The notes beneath the pieces were generated by a model. The model was not told where the DNA came from. It saw only the letters and a list, made by a program, of their open reading frames with translations, and did no database searches. Source: Gordius albopunctatus (taxonomy: Eukaryota). From it: DNA of 64,000 bases. Position numbers and translations under genes: made by a program. The stretch is taken from assembly GCA_964276515.1 (NCBI GenBank), contig OZ193909.1, forward strand, positions 8,184,001-8,248,000, given 5' to 3'. The first letter of the stretch is position 1; each line of letters starts with the position of its first letter. Below are positions 32,000-43,268 of the stretch, in pieces.

Positions 32000-33184
32000 T
32001 ATTCCTGAATACTTGATAAATTTATATATAATTAATATTGGAATAAATGGAAAAGGTGTTATAAAGTTAAACGTCGAACATAAACTTTTTAATGAATAAA
32101 ATTATTTCAATTAGTCAAATTCTGGGCTTAATTTATCAAAAGAATTCAAAATCGCTTTATGGAGAAATTTTTTTATTTAAAGCAAAAAAAGAAAAGTATG
32201 GAAATTAATTATTATAAAAATAAGTATTGCTTAGCGATAGTGGAGTGAGAATGGAATAAAAGGCGAATTGCGAAATGAAGAAGCTTTGTTAAACCAAATT
32301 TGATTTTTTAAAAAAATTAAATGAAATTTAACACTTACATGCATTTTGTGAATTTTGTCATGTAGCTTTTGTATTAAGTATAGACGGCATATGTAAATTA
32401 CGAACAATGAAATAAAATTTAAATATTTCTATCCTTTTCATGAACGTAAATAGGGCCTTAGAGGGGTCCAGGTTATTAAAATAACTTAGACGGGTGACAA
32501 GTTTCTTGACTTTTTTAGCATTTTCCATAGGCAATCAAATAAAAAAGTCACAAAATAATACACTATATAAAAAAATCTCATAAAGCCCGAATCTTATCAT
32601 CGTGTCCGTCCGAAAATAACTTTTTCCGATAGATATGATCATTCTCGTTTTTCTATAACCTAATTATAATTTTCGCGTTTGGCTATCTTCGCGCGTAAAT
32701 AATGAATGAATGCCATCGGATAATATCGAATTTATTTGAAACAGTGGTAATCTGGGATTGCTAAAATGCGAGGGTGGAAATGGGTTTAGATATTTCGGTC
32801 GTCCAGGATTGGTATTACATAAATATATTACCATCGGATAAATATATGGGAATATGTATTTTTCTAAATTGGAATAATAAATTAAAGGTAAGAAACATAA
32901 ATTGTTTAAGAAATATTAAATGATCGGGTTTATCTCATAATTTGAATTTAGAAGGGGTCAGCCACCCCTCGCTCCAACCCCCTTGGCTATGCCCATGAAT
33001 ACAATAGAATAAAAATAAGACAAAAATTTCGGTTGAGATGTGACGAAGTTTAGACAGCGGCTTTGATCCTTTTTATTAACCAACGAAATCAGAGTTATGT
33101 ATTTTAAATTTTAATTTTGTGTGATTTGTATTTAGTGTAAATACTTGACAAATCCTAGGTCAATCGAGATTAAAATAGGACTTA

Positions 33185-34056
33185 GGGGAGACCGGGGCTA
33201 GTCGTAGCCCGGAGTTCCTATTATCTTTGTAATTATTTTTCAAAATAATAATGATATATAATTAAAATTTAAACCATATGTATATTTTTACATAAGGTAT
33301 AAGTAAAAAAAATTTGTTAGTAAAAAACAAAATTTTTATAAAGGAAAAACAATTTTTCGGGGCTATTAGTAGCCCTGACAAAATTTTGTATTTTGGACAT
33401 TAAAATTTTTTGGCTCTTTTTTTGGGACTAATTTAAGTTCTGTCTTATAAAGGGATATTTTTATATAAAAGCCGTCTAATTATTAAGTTTTTATTTGCAA
33501 TATAACATGTTAAATTATTAATTGTTTATAAAAATAGGGGTCGGGGCTAGTGCTAGCCATTTTTTATTGCGTAGACAAATGTCAAGATTTCAAAAACAAT
33601 CATTTAGTTTCATAATAATTTATCTTAATGTAATTTGGAATATTAATAGACTATTTAAACATTTTTCCCATTGTAGAATTTGTCTTTTATGGGTACCTAA
33701 ATCAGATTGTCATCTTGACCCCTTTTTATTTTTATTATGTAAAATATAACCATATTACATTTGCATTCTCTATGCTTTTATAATAAAACAATTTTTTTAT
33801 TGATTTGAGTTAGCATACACCAATAGGAAGTGAAAACGTAAGGAATAATCTATCCCCCGAAAGGGTCTATGACTTGCCCGGGCATTTTTAAAATTTTTAA
33901 GATTTTTGTTTAATTTGTGATAAAACTATTAATTTTTTTCTTATATTAAAAATAGGCCTTGAAATTACGTTTCAACAAAAAAATTGAAAAAATAATAATT
34001 AGTTATTTTTAAAACGCGATTTAATTTTTAACGGCTATTTAGTCTCCGGTCTCCCC
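33185..34056. mobile_element. Tc1/mariner-pogo-type non-autonomous element
   Basis: TIR GGGGAGACCGG.G.CTA / TAG.CTCCGGTCTCCCC flanked by TA on both sides. Confidence 0.75.
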
Positions 34057-34896
34057 TATAATTAGAGCCCTGCACGGGCCGTCCGAAGCCCGAACCGACC
34101 CCATCTGGTTTCGGGCCGCGCTCGGGCAGAATTTAAAGAAACAATCGGGCCTTGGGTTCGGGTCGGGCCCGATATGACTAAAGCAAAATAATCTTTTATA
34201 AAATATGATTTAAACAAACTCAACTCGATATTAAATAATTATCTTCGTACACCATACAAAATATAGCTTCCAAACTTCAGCCTTTTCCCCCTGTCTATAT
34301 TTCGACCTAAATTGCAAATCTTATTCTAGTATTTAAATAAATTCATAGTAGCTATTACTTTAGAAATTAAATAAGGAATTTTTTTTAAAAATTTTTTATT
34401 TGGAACTGTCGTATAAAAAATATTTTATAAAGTTAGACCGCCAGTTTTAAATTATTAGCTGAATAAATTGTAGCGAGTGAAAATAAAAATTTTATTTTAA
34501 ACTTATTCTAGTTGTAAATTACGATTAATAACAATTTAATGCATTATTTATTTGTATAAAATAATTTTAAAAAAATTTTAAAATAGATTTTTAAAAATTT
34601 TCTATTTGAAAAATCGGGTCGGGCTCGGGTCGGGCTAAAAATAAAAAAGTCGTTCGAGCTCGTAGTGATGGGAAAATCTGAGGTTTTGTCGACCTAACCT
34701 AATAGGTTAGGTTTTTAAAAAAACCTTTAGGACTTTTAAAACGCTTAAATTTGCCTCGAGGTTAGATGTCAATATCAACCTAAAAACCTCGAGGTCAAAG
34801 AGCACAATATTAACCTAAACGCTTAGGTTAATAAATATCGACCTAGCCTAAACTAAACCTTTAGGTTAATTTAATTAACCTAACGTCAAAATTTTT

Positions 34897-36868
34897 AATT
34901 GCTATGCAATTTATGGGCTCACTTTCCATTTTCCGAAGTAACGCACCGAAGAGTAACGCACCGTCATGTCACGCACCGAACGGTAACGCACGGCATCTAC
35001 ACACGCTTAACGCTTATGCCTCTCTAGATATCTGGTTCGATGCCCGGAGCGGCCAAATTTTTATTTTATTTTTTAAATTAAATTAATATATTGTTCCTGT
35101 TAATACCATTGATAATATGGCCTTTTGGCCGTCCGCTGGCTGCTGACCAATGAAAAAAATGACCATTGGCCAAAGTGTGAATCAAAAACATTTTTTCGTT
35201 TTTTTTGGCTAACTTTGATAATTACCCTGTCTGTACCCCCCCACCCTATCCAGATGTGGGGTTCAAATCACGGAAAGGCCAAAAAAAACTTTATTTTTTT
35301 TTAATTTAAATTATATATTGTTCTTGTTCGTACCATTGATAATATGGCTTTTTGGCCGTCCGCTGGCTGCTGACCAATGAAAAAATGACCATTCGTCAAA
35401 GTGTGAATCAAAAAAAAAAAATTCGTTTTTTTTTGGACAACTTTGATAATTACCCTATGTCCCCCCCCCCCTTTTGGCCGTCCGCTGGCTGCTGGCCAAT
35501 GGAAAAAAATTACCATTGGCCAAAGTGTGAATCGATATCTTTTTTTCATTTTTTTGGCTAACATTGATTAATAGACTATCTGTTGGTACTGACCAATGGA
35601 AAAAATGGCTTATGTCTCTCCAGATCTGGGGTTCCAATCGCGGAGAGGCCAAAAAAATTTTAATTTTTTATTTAATTTTTTTTTAAATTAATATATAGTT
35701 ATTGTTCGTACTATTGATAATATGAATTTTTGGCCGTCCGCTGGCTGCTGACCAATGTAAAAAATGACCATTGGCCAAAGTGTGAAGCGAAATTTTTTTC
35801 CCGTTTCTTTCGCTAACATTGATTTATAGACCATCTGTTGGTACTGACTAATAGAAAAAAATTACCATTGGCCAAAATGTGAAGTGAAATTTTTTTTCGT
35901 TTTTTTTGACTCGTATGTATTAATAGACCGTCTCTTGGTACTGACCAATGGAACAATTTCGCACATGTAAATTTTTTTTGAGATATCCTTATGATACCTG
36001 TGATATTTTTAGATGCGCGGCCGTAACAGGCAATAATTTAGCATATGTAAATTTTTTGAGATATCCTTATGATACCTGTGACATTTTTAGATGCGCGGTC
36101 GTAACAGGCAATAGCGGAGATATTGCATGTCGCTGCTTGTTTCGTCGCAATCCCTAAATATTTGTTATCTTCATTTAGCTCTGTAATTTATGGGTGCAAC
36201 GCACGTGACAAGACACAACGCGTGACTATTCATACATACATTAATTAATTGCTATTTTTATTTTATCCTTATTATTAATTTAACTATTCTCCAATTCTTT
36301 ATTAAGCAAGTTTATTAGTTTATTGGTAACTAATTTAAAGCTATTATTTGTTAACCATATTAATTTTAGTGTATTGGTACTGGTAACTAATTTAAAACTA
36401 TTATTTGTTAGACATATCAATTAAATCTTCTTAATCTTCATCTGCCTAAACATAAAAAATTACTAATGTAAGCTATAGAATTTCTTTTAAACATATTAAT
36501 TGCTATGCAATTTATGGGTTTTTATAATAAAAGATCAAAATCTTGTGTCTGCTAAATCATAATATTCACTAATTTATATTTTAATTGCTGTGTTTATAAG
36601 TTGTAACAATATTATTTATTATTTATTTATCCTGAACTAAAGGTTAAGTTTTTAATAATATCATAAAATTGCTGGTCACCTCATTCTTAACTTTTTCACA
36701 TGTATTTTAATTAGTACAGGGTTAAACTAGGCAATATGTAAAACTTTATAGTTAAAAAATTGATTCAAGTCGGGCATGAATATTAGCTTTTGTCAGTTAT
36801 ATTATTTGTTATGCAATAATGACGATTCCTACATAAATTTCATAGCAAATAAGCTTTGTTTATGCGAA
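34897..36868 (+). mobile_element. HINE-like element with internal tandem repeats
   Basis: AATTGCTATGCAATTTATGGGCTC start, AACGCACCG mini-repeats, multiple GGCCGTCCGCTGGCTGCTGACCAATG units, a ~77-bp direct duplication (35963-36113) and an inverted CATAAATTTCATAGCAAAT end. Confidence 0.55.
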
Positions 36869-36869
36869 G

Positions 36870-37750
36870 TAGAGGTATGCACGGATCAATCCGATCCGAC
36901 CGAACTCGGATCGGATCAACATTTTATGTTAGTTGGATCAAATTTTCAAATTTAAAATAAACAATAATAAGTTCTATTTAATTAAATTAATAATTTTTAG
37001 TATACCTTTTCATAATTATCTTTGCATTCTTTTTTTACTTTACCATTTTTGATGCCCAATACCACCTCTCCCATTACCTAACATATTTATCAGTATTTCC
37101 CTAGCGTTTTTCCCTAGCTAGACTTTCTTGTTTGGCGAGAAAAGAGCTAGTGTCAATGATAAATCAGCATCTCCCGTTTCCTTTTTAGCACACGCATCTC
37201 TTTCTATCTCAATTGGAGTTACTTTGACCTTCTAAATAAATGAAAATGATACACACACCGGTTATGTTTTCTGCAAGAAATGCAATCATATCTACACATA
37301 TAATTCCATTTGAGGTAGTTCCCATCTTTTGCATCATAAATGTATTCCAAAAACTTTAGCTAAAAATACAATTGACAAATTTGTTAACAAACCTCTCGCT
37401 GAAATCACAAAATTAAAATTTTTTTGAAAAGCATCTAATTTATTTTATTTTAACAGATATTCGACCGTTTTCATCGTTAACGAGATTCTTTATTATTTTT
37501 ATATGATAATATGGAATTAATCAAATAAAATTTTATATTTATTTCAGGTCTATTAAAATTGATATACCTTATTTTTATGTATTTTGAATTTAATCATTAA
37601 TAAAAAGTTATGTTCGTAAAATTTTAATTTAAAAATTTGGGATCGGATCGGATCGAATTTAGATTTTAAAAAACTCGGATCGGATCAGATTTAGATTTTA
37701 AACTACTAGGATCGGATGGATATAAAATTTTTCAAAAGCCCCTCGGATCA
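36870..37750 (+). mobile_element. Internally deleted Hermes/hobo-like hAT transposon
   Basis: Same left TIR as the 15800 MITE. Remnant BED finger (GYVFCKKCNHIY...SSHLLHHKC) and DIRPFS motif joined to the C-terminal DSLLFLYDN. Right TIR missing. Confidence 0.75.
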
Positions 37751-37805
37751 GCAGTGATTGGCCTAGTTTAATTGAAGGGCGTATTGTATGGACCTGAAAC
37801 CTGGG

Positions 37806-38929
37806 CAATTATTTTTTTATATACTGTAAAATTTCAATTTATCTACGGTCTTTTAGCACTTTGTCTGCTTAATTTTTATCATATATAATATTAATAGAAA
37901 TTTTAATATTTATTCCAATTAAAATTAAGGCAAATTTAACTAAAAATCTAATATAATTTTAATTTATATCAATTCTTTAATTTTTAAGAAAAAAATTGCG
38001 ATTTGGGTTTTTAATACATACCTACCCCTATTGAGTGTTTTATTTTTAATTTCCACCATTTTACAACATATTCCTTTTGTGTGCAATGTAGCGTGACTGA
38101 TAGTAGTTATATTTCACAAAAAATTATTTGCCAAGTATTTTATTCAAATTGCTAAGTATTATAAGCGTCGTTGCTAAATATTTTATTCATTTGCTAAGTA
38201 TTTAATTCGTTAGCTAAGTTTTTAAATTAATTGTAAGTTTTATATTCAAATGCTAGGTATTTTGTTCATTTGCTAAGTATTTAAATGAATTTTGGTAAGC
38301 ATTTTATTGCTTTGCTAATTTTTTATTTTGATATGCTAAATTTTTTAATTAAAATGCTAACTATTTTTTTTTAATTTTAAGCCAGGAATTTTAATCAAAA
38401 TGCTGAGTATTAAAAAAAAGATAAAAAGGGCAAAGTTTTAATTGCAATAATTTCGAAAATTTTTTATTTATTAACCTAGCATGTATTTAAATACTTAGCA
38501 TATTATATTTGAATAATACTTAGCATATAATTTAAATACTTAGCAAAAGATTAAAATACTTAATAATGTGAATAAAATACTTAACAAATAATTTGTTGTG
38601 AAATACAACCAGTATCAGCCACGCTACTACATTGCCCACAAAAAGAATATGTTACAAAATGGTGGTAATTAAAAATAAAACACTCGATAGAGGTAGGTGT
38701 GTATTAAAAACCCAAATCGCAATTTTTTTCTTAAGAATTTTTTTTTTAATTTAAACTTTATTAATATTAAAATAAATTAAAATTATATTATACTTTTAGT
38801 TGAATTTGCCTTACTTTTAATTGGAATAAATTTTAAAATTTCTATTATTATATATGTAAAAAATAAAGCAGACAAAGTGCTAAAAGACCGTAGTTGAGTT
38901 GAAATTTTACAGTATATAAAAGAATATTG
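37806..38929. mobile_element. ~1.1-kb foldback-type palindrome
   Basis: TATACTGTAAAATTTCAA...CTACGGTCTTTTAGCACTTTGTCTGCTT is mirrored at 38865-38917. The arms continue inward into opposing TTGCTAAGTATTT / AAATACTTAGCA tandem arrays. Confidence 0.9.
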
Positions 38930-39656
38930 ACCTTAGGTCAATTAAATTAACCTAAAGTTTAGGCAAGCTCTTTATTTATTAACCTAAGCGCCATGGACGT
39001 AGCCAGCTTTGGAATTAGAGAGGGGCAATGATGATCTAGCGAGGTTTAGGTAGGGCAAAATGAACATTTTTTGAAATTTTAGGCATAATTTTAATGAATT
39101 TCACCAATATTTTGGATTTAGAGGGGGGCAGCCACCCATCCCCCTTGGCTATGCCAATGCTAAGCGATTAAGGTTCTAACCTAATCTATAGGCTTCTAAT
39201 TGACCTTGAGGTTTTAGGTTGATATTGACGTCTCACCTGGAGGCAGATTTTAGCGCTTTAAAAGACCTTAGAGGTTTTCAAGGAACTTCTAACCTAGCCT
39301 AAGGTTGACCTGGGCGTGACTCACGTCATGCCTAACTTTTTCCCACCACTATTTATAACACACATTGTTTAGTGATGCATGGTCAACGTTTATAAGATAA
39401 AAATTTATATTTCATAAATCCGCAAATACCTATACCTGGTCAGCTTTTTATTTCTCTGGTGCATCAAAATAAATATTTCAATTGGATTATACATATGAAC
39501 TTTTTTTACAACCTAAATAAATTAAAACTAGGTTTATTTCGATTTTCTGCATACATATAAATATTTTTTACAATACTGATCACTGTTTAATCAAAAAGTG
39601 TATTAAAAAAATAAATACTTAGATTTTTATATATAAGATGTAGGCAATTTATGCTG

Positions 39657-41058
39657 CTATAGTGTCTTGTAAATTTGAACACATTCTCTAGGAAACCAAC
39701 CTTTTACTAATCTCTATTTAATAGGATAGATATAATGCTTACTTTCAGAATCAGAACTTTTTTCACCATACAGCCAATACCTTTTATATATAAATAGATA
39801 ATAAATTAAAATTACTTCTTCCATCGTGTAACTTTAACAAGGTTGCCAGTTTTTAATGTTATTCTTGGTTCATCAGACCAAGGAATGTATAGAAAAGTCA
39901 TTATTCCAAAATCAATAGGGAAAATATTACCATTGTAATTTTTTGTAACTATATATGTGACAGAGGTAAACTTTTTTATTTCTTTCAATTTAATTTGTTC
40001 CATCTAACAAATAAAACGTTTAATACAAAGTTATATTAAGAATTTTAAAAAAAAATTACTGAAAGGCTGTATAAAGTAAATCCTTCCTTAACTGGCCAAT
40101 CAAGATCAGTAATTTTCAACCTAGTTGATCCTAATGTCTGTTTGATATTGTTACCACATCCAAAATCATATGGATTAGTAAATACAAAACCACGGTGTTT
40201 TTGTTGGTTAACCTGATTATATATGCTAAAGTTTTAGTCAATTACTTTTTGAATTATGTAATCCTCAATAGAAGTCTGATTTTTCAATAAATTTTTCATC
40301 TTTCAAAATGTTATGAAAATTTTTGAATAAAATAAACATTAATATTGTATTTATTACCTGGAAATAAAACAGAAGAGACACAAATATAACAACTCCAATA
40401 GAAAGTCCAATGGCAAAAAGGTGAATAATAAATAAATTGAAATGGAATGTCTTAAAAATATACAAACCATAAGGCTATTAAATAATTTAAATCAGATACA
40501 AAAATTCAAACCTGTTTAATTATCTTCATAAGGGCAACTATTAAAAGAAATGATGCATGAATACACCCTAGTATTGCAAAAAACAAGAAGTAAATAAAAT
40601 AATTTTGATTATATTGTCCACAACATGTGTTTATCCAAGGACAATGATGGTCCATTTTTTTCACACATCTTAATTTGCTTATAAAAAATTTATTTAGGAT
40701 ACCTATTACATTTTCTACAATGGTGGGCTCTTGGTGGTTTATAGCCTTGACAAATTTGACACCATTGTAGTATATGATTTAAAGATTTATTCTGAATATT
40801 TAAGCATAGGGAATATATATAAAGTACCGAGTTCCATTTTAATTCTACAAAACCGGGCCCAACAAAAATGCAACTAAAGTAATTTGATAATATCAAAAAT
40901 GCATATGTCACTAAGGCTAAAAGCGATAAAAGATTAAAAAAGGATTCAAATGGTGGATACATGTAGATGTCAATGTATATACATATAAAACTTAATGAAG
41001 ATATTATAAATGTAGCAATTAATGGACCCCAATGGAAAAATTTATTATGGTGATACAT
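39657..41058 (-). CDS. ZDHHC6: Palmitoyltransferase ZDHHC6 (DHHC domain + C-terminal SH3-like domain), 9 exons
   Basis: N-terminal HWGP; CQICQGYKPPRAHHCRKCNR|CVKKMDHHCPWINTCCG; NQTSIEDY; NPYDFG; WPVKEG; YWLYGEK...KGWFPRECV then TAG. All eight introns are GT-AG and keep the frame. Confidence 0.92.
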
Positions 41059-41289
41059 ATGTATGTATGTTAAAATTGATTCTTATTCAAAATTTAAGCT
41101 GTTCAAAAAAAAATCCAATTTCCAGACTAGACAATAAAACTAATATTCAAATTTTAAATATTTAATTAATACAAAAAGTTAGTATATAAAATATTAATAA
41201 TTAAACGCATAAAATGAATAAGCTATTATTTTATAAACAATTGCATATAATATAGCGTGTCTACATTTGATATTCGTCTAATGTTAATA

Positions 41290-41995
41290 TATATTTAAAT
41301 ATTTACAAGTATGTTTTAAGTTGCTAATGATTATAAATACACTAAAATATTGTCAAATTAGGTGATTCTATATACAGTTACATGTCTATATATAATAATA
41401 GCTTAATAGTAATTAATAATATAGATAGCATATTTAATTATTTACAAGTATGTTTTAAGTTGATATAAATTATAAATACACTAAAAGATTGTCAAATTAG
41501 GTGATTCTATATACAGTTACATGTCTATATATAATAATAACTTAATAGTAATTAATAATATGAATAACATATTTAAATATTCACCAGTACAGTACACTTT
41601 AAATTGTTAATGTTTGAAATACACTAAAGCACCTGGCATATTAGGTTATTCTATATACAGTTGCATGTCTACATATATTAATAGCTTAATTTCAATTAAT
41701 AAAATGGATAGCAAATTTAAATATTTACAAGTATGTTTTAAGTTGTTAATGATTATAAATACACTAAAATATTGTCAAAGTAGGTGATTCTATACACAGT
41801 TACATGTCTAGCTTAATTTTAATTAATGATATGGATAGCAATAAATAATCACCAATACACTTTAGGTTGTTAATGATTATAAAAGACTAAAGCACTGTCA
41901 AAAAAGGTTATTCTATATACAGTTGCATATGATTCACCATGTCTACATATAATAGCTTAACACTTTAAGTTGCTAATGATTATAAATACACTAAA
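41290..41995. repeat. ~140-bp AT-rich tandem repeat, ~5 diverged copies
   Basis: TTTACAAGTATGTTTTAAGTTG...ATTCTATATACAGTTACATGTCTA recurs at ~41301, 41441, 41581, 41722 and ~41850. Confidence 0.85.
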
Positions 41996-43268
41996 ACTTC
42001 ATAACTGTTAAGGGCCATATTAGGATTTATTTTGAATTTCAAAATGCTGGCTACAATCTTCTCTTAATACTAAATTTAGCAGTTTAGGGATGGTTCACCT
42101 GATGTCTCTAAACTCATATATAATTTCTCGCAAATATGTTAGGATATTGTATGTAGATTATGTTCGGTTAGGGAAATTCCATATATACCAATAAATTAGC
42201 TATTTAAATATTTAATCCATATCCTACAATATCTATAACAAACGATAGTGTGTAAACTCAGGTTCTGTTTGTTGAGTCAGGTCCGAAATATTTAAAAGCC
42301 ACGCCCAGTATTTGTTGGGGATGGCGTTGAAAAATGCCAAGTTTTTTTATTAACTTACAAATCAATTGAGTATTTCATAAATTTATTTTTGTAAATGTCC
42401 ACGGCACTTATGCAAACAAGTGAGACACGAAAAGACACGACATAACAGTCAGAACAGACACTACAAGACAACCAAAAGCGAGGCCATAAATTGTATAGCA
42501 ATTAATAACCAGGGGCGTTCGTTTTGGTACATTCGCCTATCATGGGGTATTGTTCTTATAAAACTCATCTATACTCCATATAAACGTAGCACATAGCTAT
42601 GTAATTTATAGGCGAAATAGGTAAGAAGGGGAAAGAATGCCTATGGGGGGGGGGGCAATGTAGCATGGAGTCAGATAATACTAGTTTATAATTGTTTTTT
42701 TTTCAAAATTATTTACAAAAATTTAGCTTTTTATGTATTTTAATGCAAATAAACTAAGTTATTATTTTGCATTTAATACTTATTTTATAAGCATACGGAT
42801 AGGTTTTCTTTCACTCATTCTTTATTATTACCTGCTTTATCATTCATTGCCTTATATCAAATTCTAAACTAATCAAGAATATTATTTATGGCGAGGGGAA
42901 AGCAAATGGAAAAGCCAATAGTCATCCTTCAAAATCTTAAAACTTTAAATTGAGAATTAAAGTGGATTTCTTTAACGTAAAAGCAGCGGTAATAAGCTAG
43001 TATATTTGCGAGAGCAAAATAGAAGTCTTTTACAGAAGCATATGTCCATAGCCAAGTCTATAAAAATAATTATAATACAAAATTTATAACTTACCTGAAA
43101 AGGTTAAATAAAATGGCAGTTTAAGTGATTTAATAATCATTACAGGTAATTTATTTTATAACTTTGTTGTACTTTCTAGTTATATATATTATATTTTAAC
43201 AAATTAAGTTTAAAACTATAAAATGAGACTGGAACAATAAAATACAAATTACTGTCAAAATATAATTT

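Larger units (their letters stand above)
34663..39351. mobile_element. AACCT/AGGTT-rich inverted-arm element split by ~4 kb of nested insertions
   Basis: TAGTGATGGGAAAA at the left and TTTTCCCACCACTA at the right. Arms 34663-34885 and ~38930-39351 are inverted copies (GTCAATATCAACCTAAAA vs TTTTAGGTTGATATTGAC). No matching TSD seen. Confidence 0.55.

Noticed and set aside
29441..32099. Plus-strand ORFs antisense to the retroelement
   Set aside because: Short shadow ORFs of GC-rich coding sequence with no recognisable motifs.
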